Below are positions 29,867-39,726 of a stretch of 64,000 nt of DNA, in pieces (position 1 is the stretch's first letter; each line of letters begins with the position of its first letter). The notes under the pieces were generated by a model. That model saw only the letters and a list, made by a program, of their open reading frames with translations. It was not told the DNA's origin and made no database searches. The position numbers and the translations under genes are program-made. This stretch comes from Bacteroidales bacterium (GTDB lineage Bacteria > Bacteroidota > Bacteroidia > Bacteroidales > UBA11471): contig JAZURX010000021.1 in NCBI GenBank assembly GCA_045606385.1, positions 6,677 through 70,676 on the forward strand, written 5' to 3'.

Positions 29867-32800
29867 ATGAATATACGGATACTATATATATTGTTGTCGT
29901 TTTTGATGGGAGGTATATTCTTTCCGACCGAGAATATCAGTGCGCAAAAATATATTTCGATGCATATCGATCGTAAGCCGTTGGGCGAGGTTCTGATTGC
30001 TGTGCGCAACTTGTCGGGGTATAATCTCTATGTATCGCCGACGGTAGATGTAGAAAAAGTGGTTTCGGTCATGTTGTCGCATACCGATGTGATGACACTT
30101 CTGCAATCGTTGGATCGAACATTGTCGTATAAGATTGTAGATAATACAATAATTGTAACTCCAAAGAAAGAGCACTTATTACCATCGAAGATATACGGAG
30201 TAGTGGTCGATGAAAATCGAATACCTGTCGTAGGGGTAGTGGTGCAGTGTGGTAAGAAGGCTACTGTTACCGATGCCGAAGGCCGATTTGAAATTACACG
30301 TGACGCTGGCGACAGGACATTGACAATATCATTTATCGGGTATCGTAAGGAAAATGTTGTGATAGGCAAGAAAAATTTCTTTGCCATACAGCTTGTTGCC
30401 GATGTAAACGAACTCGAAGATGTGATAGTGACCGGCTATGCACCGAAGGCTAAGAACAGCTTTACCGGAACAGCAGTGCAGGTAAAGGGCGAAGAATTGC
30501 GTATGATAAACAACAGCAGTTTCTTTGATGCATTGAAGGTGTTTGACCCGTCATTTCAGACGGTCGATACGCGCGGTATGTTTGGCTCGGACCCCAACCA
30601 TGTACCTTCGCAAATAGAAATACGTGGTCAAAATAGTTTCCCGGATATATCGGAAAGCAGTCTCAAAACCGAAACCAGTCTGCCGGTATTTATTCTCGAT
30701 GGATTCGAGGTAAATGTAGAGAAAATATATGACCTCGACATGAATCGTATACAGAGTGTAACGATACTTAAAGACGCGTCGGCATCGGCAATTTATGGTT
30801 CGCGAGCTGCCAATGGCGTGGTGGTGATAGAGAGTAAAAGTCCCGAGGCGGGGAAATTGCAAGTGAGTTATTCTCTCATAGCCGGTATGCAGATACCCGA
30901 CCTTACATCGTACAATCTGATGAATGCCTCGGAAGTACTTGAATTTCAGCAGTCTGCAGGAGTGTTTGATGCGTATGACGTTGGTCAGGACCCCGGGACT
31001 CGTCTCAATTCGTATAATGTAATAAAGAAAGAGATTATGAGTGGAACAGACACGTATTGGCTGTCGAAGCCGTTGCGTGTGGGATTCCAGCATAAACACT
31101 CTCTAATTATCGATGGTAGCGTAAATAACGACACAAAAGAAAAGGAAAGTGGTAGTGTACGTTATTCGGTAAATTTGGCTTTCGGGCAAAACAATGGAGT
31201 GATGAAAGGGTCTGATCGTACAACCTATGAAGCAGGAACAAAACTTATATATAATAGCAAGAAACTATATGTGACCAACGATTTACAATTTGGTATGGTC
31301 AATAGCAGTGAGTCGCCATACGGCTCGTTTTCAAATTATACGCAGGCATTACCCTATCATAGAGAGAAAGATGAGAATGGGGATTATTATCGATACTTGT
31401 CGTTGGCGAATGTCGCTCCTAAAGATATGATTCTGGGTATATTGGCGCAACAACGCTCTCCGATGTATGAAGCCAAATATTTAAACTCGTTCTCAACCAA
31501 AGAGAATTACAACATCAGTAATCGTACGGCTATCAACTGGGAAGTGTTTTCGGATTTGCGGATACGTGCCAATTTTGCTGTCAATTATGATGTGAATCGT
31601 ACCGATGCTTTTATATCACCGCTGAGTTATAATTACACCAACACCAACGATAATTCCTCTACTTCGCCCGGAGTGCTTTACAGTAGAGGTAAATATACAT
31701 TAAATAACAGCAATTCATTGGGCTATGATGGTAATATAGTTGTGTCATATTCTCACTCGTTTGGCGCGCATGATTTGCAGGCCATATTGGGTGGAGAGGT
31801 GAGTCAGGACGATTATGATAGTGATAGTTACAGCCTGACCGGATTTTTGGGCGATGCACACGACTATCTTTCATACGGGATACAATACGAATTATACGGT
31901 CGTCCGTCGGGAAGTGAGAACCTTGTCCGTACAGCCGGAGCGTTTACCAATATCAACTATTCTTATGGTAATAGGTATCTTGTGGACGTTACAGGACGAA
32001 TCGACGGGTCGTCGGTGTATGGAAAAAATCAGCAGACAGCGCCTTTCTGGTCGGTGGGTATCAGGTGGAATGTGCATAATGAAAAGTTCCTCAAGGGTAA
32101 TGATGCCGTACAGAAGTTGGCATTGCGAGCCAATATAGGAACGACCGGTAATCAGAATTATACCAAAAGCCAGGCTACCAGTTTGTACACTTTCCTTACA
32201 TCGGTGTATGGCGGTTACTTTGGTGCATTGATTACCACACTCGGAAATCCCGATTTGAAGGGGCAGGTTACTTTCAATCGTAATATCGGTATCGAAACGA
32301 CGATGTTCAAGAATAAACTTAATTTCGATTTCAACTACTATTATAATACCACAGAAGGTAATCTTACCGATATATCTATAGCGCCTTCTATCGGTTTCGA
32401 TTCGTTCAAAACCAATATGGGAAATCTTACCAATCAGGGGGCTGAGTTCAGTATCAGTTATGTTCCTATACGTACAAGAAATACGATGCTCAATTTTACC
32501 TTGAACGGTGCGCACAATAGCAATAAGATTACAAAAATATCGGACACATTGCGTAAATACAATGAGCAGATAGGTGCCGAGGCCGAATCGGGAGCGGCAA
32601 ACGTATTCTTATTTAAGGAGGGTGAGTCGATGAATACTATCTATGCTGTACGTAGTTTGGGAATAGATCCCGGTACGGGAAAAGAGGTATTTCTTACCAA
32701 AGATGGTCATAAGACTTATACATGGAATTCGGCCGATCAAGTACCTGTGGGTGTAAATGAACCTATTTTACAGGGCTATATAGGTGCTAATTTCAGACAT

Positions 32801-33211
32801 AAAGCGTGGGAATTGGGTGCTACGTTCAATTATTCATTTGGTGCAGACAAGTACAATTATACCTTACATGAAAAGATAGAAAATGTCGATTATATGGTAA
32901 ACAATGATCGACGTGCGCTTACCGAGCGCTGGAAGCAGCCCGGTGATATAGCCCGGTATAAGGCTGTAAACGATAACAGTGTGACGCGCTCAACCTCTCG
33001 ATTTGTGCAACGTGAACGATTACTGAGCCTTACTTCTGTGCGTGTAAGTTATACTCTGCCCAAAGAAATTTTGAAAGGGAAGAGTCTTTCGATGTTGAAG
33101 TTGGCTTTGACTTGTAACGAGATATTCTATTGTTCGACGATAAAGCAAGAACGAGGGTTGGCTTATCCGTTTGCACGTTCGGTCAATTTCTCGGCGTATA
33201 TAAACTTCTAA
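29867..33211 (+). CDS. SusC/RagA-family TonB-dependent receptor with N-terminal STN (FecA-type signalling) domain
   Basis: 1114 aa. STN-like segment KYISMHIDRKPLGEVLIAVRNLSGYNLYV...IVDNTIIVTPK, then a carboxypeptidase-regulatory-like domain (GVVVDENRIPVVGVVV), a plug (ILKDASASAIYGSRAANGVVVIE) and a barrel ending SAYINF. Confidence 0.92.
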   Translation: MNIRILYILLSFLMGGIFFPTENISAQKYISMHIDRKPLGEVLIAVRNLSGYNLYVSPTVDVEKVVSVMLSHTDVMTLLQSLDRTLSYKIVDNTIIVTPKKEHLLPSKIYGVVVDENRIPVVGVVVQCGKKATVTDAEGRFEITRDAGDRTLTISFIGYRKENVVIGKKNFFAIQLVADVNELEDVIVTGYAPKAKNSFTGTAVQVKGEELRMINNSSFFDALKVFDPSFQTVDTRGMFGSDPNHVPSQIEIRGQNSFPDISESSLKTETSLPVFILDGFEVNVEKIYDLDMNRIQSVTILKDASASAIYGSRAANGVVVIESKSPEAGKLQVSYSLIAGMQIPDLTSYNLMNASEVLEFQQSAGVFDAYDVGQDPGTRLNSYNVIKKEIMSGTDTYWLSKPLRVGFQHKHSLIIDGSVNNDTKEKESGSVRYSVNLAFGQNNGVMKGSDRTTYEAGTKLIYNSKKLYVTNDLQFGMVNSSESPYGSFSNYTQALPYHREKDENGDYYRYLSLANVAPKDMILGILAQQRSPMYEAKYLNSFSTKENYNISNRTAINWEVFSDLRIRANFAVNYDVNRTDAFISPLSYNYTNTNDNSSTSPGVLYSRGKYTLNNSNSLGYDGNIVVSYSHSFGAHDLQAILGGEVSQDDYDSDSYSLTGFLGDAHDYLSYGIQYELYGRPSGSENLVRTAGAFTNINYSYGNRYLVDVTGRIDGSSVYGKNQQTAPFWSVGIRWNVHNEKFLKGNDAVQKLALRANIGTTGNQNYTKSQATSLYTFLTSVYGGYFGALITTLGNPDLKGQVTFNRNIGIETTMFKNKLNFDFNYYYNTTEGNLTDISIAPSIGFDSFKTNMGNLTNQGAEFSISYVPIRTRNTMLNFTLNGAHNSNKITKISDTLRKYNEQIGAEAESGAANVFLFKEGESMNTIYAVRSLGIDPGTGKEVFLTKDGHKTYTWNSADQVPVGVNEPILQGYIGANFRHKAWELGATFNYSFGADKYNYTLHEKIENVDYMVNNDRRALTERWKQPGDIARYKAVNDNSVTRSTSRFVQRERLLSLTSVRVSYTLPKEILKGKSLSMLKLALTCNEIFYCSTIKQERGLAYPFARSVNFSAYINF

Positions 33212-33214
33212 GGC

Positions 33215-34651
33215 ATGAAATCGATAAAATATATATACTATATCTTGCCGGTCATTACGACGGCTTGTTCGTGGCTCGATGTGGGAACAAAATCGGAGGT
33301 CGACGCAGATGAGATGTTCCTTACGACAGAAGGATATTATACCGCACTTACGGGAGTATATGTGAATATGGGAAATGCTGCGTTGTATGGCGGATATATT
33401 CCATTGTCGGCCATAGAATCTCTTACACAACAATATATATTACCGAGCGACGATACCGATCGCAGCAAATGGGGGCAGTATGATTATACTACGCCCGGAG
33501 CCAAGTCCTATATCGATGAGGTGTGGGGTGAAATGTATAATACCATAGTGAATTGCAACTTGTTACTCGAAAATCTGAGAAAAGAGGATTGTCCGGAGTT
33601 TGAGGCAGGTGTGTGGGAAGTACTTACCGGAGAGGCGATAGGCCTGCGTGCCTATATGTTTTTTGACTTGTTGCGTATATATAATGAGTCTTACCTTGTA
33701 AATCCTCAATGCGATAATGTGCCATTGAAGAAAGATTTTGGATTCAATCTTGGTGAGCAGATTACAACAGAGAAGGCCATGGAGCTTCTTATGGAAGATT
33801 TGGAATATGCTCGCGAACTATTGAAAGACAATGACCCTATTTCGACGAATAAAATATATGAGGACAAGTATCTTTCTTATGATCGTTCGCAACGAATGAA
33901 TTATTATGCCGTAACAGCGCTTATGGCGCGCATGAAGATGTATCGAGGAGATTATGCCTCGGCATACGATTATGCTTGTGAGGTAATAGAGTCGACCAAG
34001 TTCAAATTTATCGAAACCGATAAAATAATAGAGACCGATATGTATGGTAAGGAACTGAAAGTCGATAGAATATTTATGCCTGAAATGATTTTTGCGTTGG
34101 CCAATGACGATATATTATCTACGTCGCGCTCGTCATACGAAAGCTTGAACGGCGATTTTATAAAGAGCGATAATTGTTATGATGCCGATGATGTGCGTCG
34201 TAATTGGCTCTACACCAATCCCAGTGCAAAAAACAAAATCAATCTTATACGTTATCAACGATCGACGCTTGCCGAAGATGCTTATAAGTATCATGTGTCG
34301 GCAACTCCTATGTTGAAGTTGGGCGAAATGTATCTGATTCTTGCGGAATCGGTGTTGAAAGATGCGTCGATAGGTGGTGTTGCGCCCGAGGAGAGTCTCA
34401 ACGTACTCAAAGGTCATCGTAACGCCGGTCAACTTGCATCGGGTATTGATGCAAAGACCATAGATGCCCATATTACTCGCGAATATATTTGCGAATTTAA
34501 GGGCGAGGGTCAACTATTTTTTTACTATAAGCGACGCAATGAACAGGCAGTCGATGATGGTCATTACACAGGGAATACCATCAAGATGAGAACAGCAGAT
34601 TATACGTGGCCGTTGCCTGAATATGAGCAGGATTTTGGTTATGGCAATTAA
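33215..34651 (+). CDS. SusD/RagB-family outer-membrane lipoprotein (paralog of 28390-29856)
   Basis: 478 aa with lipobox VITTAC. SusD-like N-terminus (EGYYTALTGVYVNMG) and C-terminus (EFKGEGQLFFYYKR). Confidence 0.88.
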   Translation: MKSIKYIYYILPVITTACSWLDVGTKSEVDADEMFLTTEGYYTALTGVYVNMGNAALYGGYIPLSAIESLTQQYILPSDDTDRSKWGQYDYTTPGAKSYIDEVWGEMYNTIVNCNLLLENLRKEDCPEFEAGVWEVLTGEAIGLRAYMFFDLLRIYNESYLVNPQCDNVPLKKDFGFNLGEQITTEKAMELLMEDLEYARELLKDNDPISTNKIYEDKYLSYDRSQRMNYYAVTALMARMKMYRGDYASAYDYACEVIESTKFKFIETDKIIETDMYGKELKVDRIFMPEMIFALANDDILSTSRSSYESLNGDFIKSDNCYDADDVRRNWLYTNPSAKNKINLIRYQRSTLAEDAYKYHVSATPMLKLGEMYLILAESVLKDASIGGVAPEESLNVLKGHRNAGQLASGIDAKTIDAHITREYICEFKGEGQLFFYYKRRNEQAVDDGHYTGNTIKMRTADYTWPLPEYEQDFGYGN

Positions 34652-34661
34652 AGAAAAAAGC

Positions 34662-35375
34662 ATGAAACGATATATATACATATTACTACTCTTGTGCGTA
34701 GTTTTTGCATGTAAAGAGGATAAACTGGATCTCTATGATGCGTCGCGCCCCTCTTTGAATATTGCCAAGGGAAATTTCAATCCCGGTGAATATTCCGAGT
34801 CGTACTCTTTCAATGCCTATTTCTTAGGAGTCGGTGCAGGAGATTACATATTGCAGATACCGGTGCGGCTGTCGGGTGAAATAGATTATGAACGCGATCG
34901 TCGATATAATGTAGAGGCCGATGTCGATTCGAGCCGTAATGCAGTGAACGGAGTACATTACACCCTCGACAACGAGCAATTGTTTCGTAAGGGAATGTAT
35001 CAAGATACCATAGCGGTGATTATACATGTCGGAGCCCTCAATACTACCGACGATTATCGTATATGGCTCAAATTAATACCGAATGAAACTTTTGATGTCG
35101 GTATTCCCGACTATCAGTTTGTCTCTATTGATTTTATGAAAAATCTCAATACTGCCCCCCCCTTTTGGGAAAATAACAGTAAATTGGCAAAATTGCCATA
35201 TCACCCCAAAAAGTGTGAGGTTTTTCTCGAGATAAGCGGTATAACCGATCCCGAGTGGGTAGACCCGGGAGGTACCATACAACTCGAATATTGGATAAAT
35301 CTCTGTACGCAATATTTTATTGATAATGAGATTTATGATGAAGAAACAGGAAATCGTATCTATTTTGACCAATAG
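34662..35375 (+). CDS. Surface lipoprotein, probably DUF4843 family (family label from memory of typical SusCD accessory genes)
   Basis: 237 aa from MKRYIYILLLLCVVFAC (lipobox), directly after SusD. The track ORF start at 34623 would overlap the SusD gene. Confidence 0.6.
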   Translation: MKRYIYILLLLCVVFACKEDKLDLYDASRPSLNIAKGNFNPGEYSESYSFNAYFLGVGAGDYILQIPVRLSGEIDYERDRRYNVEADVDSSRNAVNGVHYTLDNEQLFRKGMYQDTIAVIIHVGALNTTDDYRIWLKLIPNETFDVGIPDYQFVSIDFMKNLNTAPPFWENNSKLAKLPYHPKKCEVFLEISGITDPEWVDPGGTIQLEYWINLCTQYFIDNEIYDEETGNRIYFDQ

Positions 35376-35379
35376 TGAT

Positions 35380-36885
35380 ATGGATATAAAAAAACATATA
35401 TATATATTTTGCATGCTATTGTTGTTGAGTAATAGTTCTTGTCTGCAAAATAAAGATAAATCGGCAACATGGGATCCCGATCATGTAGAGAAAGTCTCGG
35501 GTATATCCGAAGATGGATATATACTTTACTTGGGAGATCGTTTCATATGTACGCCCGAAATAACATTCTCTGACAGTACGACAGCCGATGATTATACATA
35601 TCGTTGGATTATCGGCAACAGTGAAGTAATAGGTTGTGATAAGAGATTGGATTGGGAGATAGAATTACCCGTAGGATATAAACTCAACACTGCTATACCC
35701 GGAGTATTTGTAGCGCGTAATAAAATAAATGAACTGGAATTTCGTCAACCATTTACCATAACTATTCTTACAGGTTATACACCTACGTATATTGCTGTGT
35801 ATGAAACATCTGAAGGAAATATAGAATGGACATCGTTGCAAGGAGAACCTCGAGAGTTTACCCGATGGTTTGGCGGAATGGTGGATCGTGTAAATCATGA
35901 TACAATTCCGGGCCCGTTTGTCGGGGCTTTTAATTCTACCGACGAACTTGCTATTTTTACAGCTCATGCTTCGGATTATGGTTATACGATAAGCATGGTC
36001 GACTCGGAGGAGGGTTCTGATTTTGTGGCCAACGTTGGAGAAATCGTAGGTGAAATAAGCGAACGTGTCTATCATGGTACTGCCGAAAATCCTCGCATCA
36101 GCAATGTAGTGTATGGAGTAGGTGCCAGTAAATACCTTATAAGCAATGGTAATTTGCATGTGTTTAACGGCCTTGAAAAACGATTGCCGATGTATAATGA
36201 GGATACTTATGTGAAAAGTAGAAATGTATTGCAGGCGGTCTCTTCAAAACAATTTATGCGTTTCAAAAAGGCTACATTTGTACGTCATACCGATAATCGT
36301 ATAGGTTGTTTCCATGTATATAATGATAAGATGGAATGGGTTACCGATGGAGGAGAGGTATTAAAACTTGATTCGTTATATGGCGCATTCTCGCAATCTA
36401 CAGGAGAAGGTTCGAACAAGCCTTATGATATATATCTTGTTTCCAAGTCGGGCAATGCGTATGAAATGTTGCGATTCCATGTAAATTATGTAAAAACTGC
36501 AGTCCAGCCGATAATTCTTGAAACTCGTTTTGACTTGCCGTCGGATATTGTAGAGAATACCCGTTATTGGTTTGGCTCGTTTGGAGAGGAGTATGCGTTC
36601 TATGTAACACGTAATGCGATATATCGGTTCGACTATCACGATATGACTGCATTTACACCGGCCGAAAAGCCTTTGGTACAATTCTCTGACGATGTGGTAA
36701 TAACAGAAATTTTCCCTTTGCAAGGAAGTACGTTCCGTGACGAAGACGATTGCACGGTAGTTTATCTCTATAATGAGCAGAAGAAAACTACCTCTCTATA
36801 TATTTATGATACTGTTACAGGTCGTAAATTGGCCGAATATCCCGATATATTGCCGGGTAAAGGGCTCTATTTCACCAAACGATAA
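35380..36885 (+). CDS. Surface lipoprotein of unknown function (position and size match the PKD-like family lipoproteins that follow DUF4843 genes)
   Basis: 501 aa from MDIKKHIYIFCMLLLLSNSSC (lipobox). No catalytic motif recognised. Confidence 0.55.
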   Translation: MDIKKHIYIFCMLLLLSNSSCLQNKDKSATWDPDHVEKVSGISEDGYILYLGDRFICTPEITFSDSTTADDYTYRWIIGNSEVIGCDKRLDWEIELPVGYKLNTAIPGVFVARNKINELEFRQPFTITILTGYTPTYIAVYETSEGNIEWTSLQGEPREFTRWFGGMVDRVNHDTIPGPFVGAFNSTDELAIFTAHASDYGYTISMVDSEEGSDFVANVGEIVGEISERVYHGTAENPRISNVVYGVGASKYLISNGNLHVFNGLEKRLPMYNEDTYVKSRNVLQAVSSKQFMRFKKATFVRHTDNRIGCFHVYNDKMEWVTDGGEVLKLDSLYGAFSQSTGEGSNKPYDIYLVSKSGNAYEMLRFHVNYVKTAVQPIILETRFDLPSDIVENTRYWFGSFGEEYAFYVTRNAIYRFDYHDMTAFTPAEKPLVQFSDDVVITEIFPLQGSTFRDEDDCTVVYLYNEQKKTTSLYIYDTVTGRKLAEYPDILPGKGLYFTKR

Positions 36886-36904
36886 AATCAAAAAACTTTA
36901 TACT

Positions 36905-37798
36905 ATGAACGAACCCCGTCCTGTTATCGAATGTCGAAATCTTACCCATTATTATGGTAAGAAATTGGTGTACGAAAATCTGAACATTGTTGTTCCCGAA
37001 GGGCATATTATGGGCTTGCTGGGTAAGAACGGAGCAGGAAAAAGTACGACTATTAATATATTGAACGGTTTTCTTGAACCTCGTTCGGGCGAGTGCCTTA
37101 TCTATGGAGAAAATTCGCAACATTTGTCACCCGAAACCAAAAAACGTATAGGATACCTTATCGAGGGGCATATCCAATACAGTTTTATGAATGTGCATCA
37201 GATAGAAAAGTTTTATTCAGGATTCTATGAAAATTGGAAACGTGATGCCTATTGGGAACTTATCAATCGACTGAAAATAACTCCAAAACAACATATATCT
37301 ACCATGTCGTGCGGGCAACGTGCGCAAGTGGCTCTCGGTCTTATCTTGGCTCAAGACCCAGATTTGTTGATACTCGATGATTTCTCGCTCGGTCTCGACC
37401 CCGGTTATCGTAGGTTGTTTGTTGATTACATGCGGGAATATTGTAAAGCCGAAAATAAAACGGTATTCCTTACATCGCACATTATACAAGATATGGAGCG
37501 TCTCATCGATGATATTCTTATTATGGATTATAATCGTATGTTGGTACAAGGACCTACGCGTGATTTTGTGGAACGGTTCAAAGGCTTTTCTTTTGAACTC
37601 GACCGTGCCGATGTGGTGTTTGACGATCCGGAGGCTGCCAATGTAGAGCATATCAATAATCATTATGAGTTTTATACTTATGCCGAGGAGAGTGATGTGA
37701 AGGCTATTCTCGGCCGTAAGGGGTTGAGATATAATAATTTCGAGCGTATGTCGCTCACCCTTGAAGATGCCTTTATCGGTCTCACCGGAAAATATTAG
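36905..37798 (+). CDS. ABC transporter ATP-binding protein with non-canonical signature and Walker B motifs
   Basis: 297 aa from MNEPRPVIECRNLTHYYG. Walker A GKNGAGKST, signature MSCGQ (canonical LSGGQ), Walker B LLILDD followed by F (canonical D-E), H-loop TSH, and a C-terminal extension of about 80 aa. The track start at 36773 is rejected. Confidence 0.9.
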   Translation: MNEPRPVIECRNLTHYYGKKLVYENLNIVVPEGHIMGLLGKNGAGKSTTINILNGFLEPRSGECLIYGENSQHLSPETKKRIGYLIEGHIQYSFMNVHQIEKFYSGFYENWKRDAYWELINRLKITPKQHISTMSCGQRAQVALGLILAQDPDLLILDDFSLGLDPGYRRLFVDYMREYCKAENKTVFLTSHIIQDMERLIDDILIMDYNRMLVQGPTRDFVERFKGFSFELDRADVVFDDPEAANVEHINNHYEFYTYAEESDVKAILGRKGLRYNNFERMSLTLEDAFIGLTGKY

Positions 37799-37803
37799 GA
37801 GAT

Positions 37804-38487
37804 ATGAAGCCGATTTTGCATCTTTTCTATAAAGAGTGGATAAAGACACGTTTAGGATTTATCTGTTCGTTGCTTGCCAGTATAGGAGTCGTGTTTTATA
37901 TCTTTTTGGTGGTAGAAAACAAAATGACTTTGGTAGGGGCCAAAAATTATACGATGAATGTGTTGTATAATAACCCTCCGATTATATACTATTCGTTATT
38001 GCGATATATACCCATACTTATAGCCGTATGTGTGGGCGTATTGCAATATATGCCCGAGGTAGCACAAAAACGTATACGTCTTACCCTGCATTTGCCGGTC
38101 GATAACAATCGATTGTTTCTCTGTATGGTAGCATTTGGCGTGACTCTTATAACGATAGCTTATATCGTGATTTTTACGTTTTTCTGCTGGAAAAATCACT
38201 CTTTGTTCCCAACAGAGGTGACCTATCCTGTGGAAATGACTGCAATGGCATGGTTTCTTGCCGGGTATATTGTATATAATTTTATTGCCATGGTGGCCAT
38301 GGAGCCCAATCGCATACGTCAAGTATTTTATGCGTTGATCGGGCTTATATTGTCGACGCTCTATTTTCATGAGATTCCTTATCATGGAGCCTATGCCGAC
38401 TCGTTGCCGGTATTGACTGTATTGGCGGTAGTTTCATTCCCGCTTATGTTGTTCAGCGGTTTCCGCTTCAATAAAGGAGAACGTTAA
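37804..38487 (+). CDS. Six-helix ABC-2-type permease-like membrane protein, copy 1
   Basis: 227 aa with about 6 hydrophobic helices. The post-TM2 motif PEVAQKRIRLTLHLPV resembles the E-x-GT-x-L-P-V loop of ABC-2 permeases. Starts 5 nt after the ATPase stop. Confidence 0.7.
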   Translation: MKPILHLFYKEWIKTRLGFICSLLASIGVVFYIFLVVENKMTLVGAKNYTMNVLYNNPPIIYYSLLRYIPILIAVCVGVLQYMPEVAQKRIRLTLHLPVDNNRLFLCMVAFGVTLITIAYIVIFTFFCWKNHSLFPTEVTYPVEMTAMAWFLAGYIVYNFIAMVAMEPNRIRQVFYALIGLILSTLYFHEIPYHGAYADSLPVLTVLAVVSFPLMLFSGFRFNKGER

Positions 38488-38488
38488 T

Positions 38489-39724
38489 ATGGTACATAAA
38501 ATTCTACATATTTTAGCCGTTTTGTTTGCATCTCTTGCCATGTCGTTGATAATTTCGTATGGTCGCGGTCAAGTATATACACATGGCGACTATACCGATG
38601 TGGTTTATTCGGAGTTGTTACACGATTTTATTGTATCTTCGTATGAATATAACGGAGATACTGAAAATCCGCAGCTGTATCGGGTATATAGAGATACGCA
38701 AGGTGCGATAATAGACGAGTCGCTTATCGACTCATTATGCCCGCTCAATAATGCGTCGCAGTTGGCTTTTGAGAATCGTTTCCCCGAGAGCGTGTGTGGA
38801 GTGCCTGTCACAGCTCGTGAGGCGTCCGATGCCGTATATCATCATCGAATCGTAGGCGACGGTCTCGATTATGGCTTGTATGACTTGATAGATGCACATA
38901 GTTATCTATCGCAGCAATTTAGCACAAAAGACCTTTTCCGTTTTACCGGCAAGGGGATAGAATTTATTTTGCCGGAGACAAACAGTGTTGATATTGAAAA
39001 GACAAAATTATTCAATGATGCATTGTGCAATGCGGGTTTTCGCCTCGGAAAAACCGGAATATGGAGTCCTTCGAATCGTACCGATTTGGAACGATATGGA
39101 TTTTTTGTAGCCGATGCCGATGGCCGGTTGTTCCGATTGTCGATGAAAGAGGGCACGCCGATAGTTGAGGCCTTGCCACAGCCTGCCGGCAAATCCATAA
39201 AGTTTATAAGTTTTGTCGACAGAAACGAGTATCTTGCCTTTGTGGTAACGACCGATGGAGCATCTTATGTGCTTTCGCGTGAAGACTATAACTATCGACA
39301 GTTACCGTTACCCTCGCTTATCGATTTCAGTGTGGATATTGATGCCAATCTGTTGTATAATACGTTTGAGTTGACAACATCGGATTTGGTGTTATATATT
39401 GTTCTCGATAAGAACTGGTATCCTGTGGCTCAGTATGAGCGTGAGCGCAAATTTATGCGCCATGTCGATATTAAACCCTATTATATGCCCATATTTGTAT
39501 ATGATACGGCACAAAACGGGGTAGAAATAGAGTTTTCATCGGTGTATAAATTTATTTGGCTCAATCTTGTTCTGGCTGCATTGACATTTTATCTGCGTCG
39601 TCGCAAGGGATACACCCGTTATGTGCAGATTGCCGATACATTGATAGTGATATTGTTGGGGTTGGTGGGTATGATAGGCGCATTTGCCATACCTTATCGT
39701 CGTATTGATAAAAAAATGAAGTAA
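38489..39724 (+). CDS. Membrane-anchored protein of unknown function, copy 1 (I believe DUF4857-like)
   Basis: 411 aa with an N-terminal hydrophobic helix, a soluble region of about 330 aa, and a C-terminal pair of helices separated by RRRKGY. Starts 1 nt after the upstream stop. Confidence 0.6.
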   Translation: MVHKILHILAVLFASLAMSLIISYGRGQVYTHGDYTDVVYSELLHDFIVSSYEYNGDTENPQLYRVYRDTQGAIIDESLIDSLCPLNNASQLAFENRFPESVCGVPVTAREASDAVYHHRIVGDGLDYGLYDLIDAHSYLSQQFSTKDLFRFTGKGIEFILPETNSVDIEKTKLFNDALCNAGFRLGKTGIWSPSNRTDLERYGFFVADADGRLFRLSMKEGTPIVEALPQPAGKSIKFISFVDRNEYLAFVVTTDGASYVLSREDYNYRQLPLPSLIDFSVDIDANLLYNTFELTTSDLVLYIVLDKNWYPVAQYERERKFMRHVDIKPYYMPIFVYDTAQNGVEIEFSSVYKFIWLNLVLAALTFYLRRRKGYTRYVQIADTLIVILLGLVGMIGAFAIPYRRIDKKMK

Positions 39725-39726
39725 AT

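Noticed and set aside
36773-36904. Upstream extension of the ABC ATPase ORF given in the track
   Set aside because: It would overlap the preceding lipoprotein gene by 113 nt, and the extra 44 residues are unlike any ABC N-terminus. The ATG at 36905 gives the canonical beta-strand start before Walker A.
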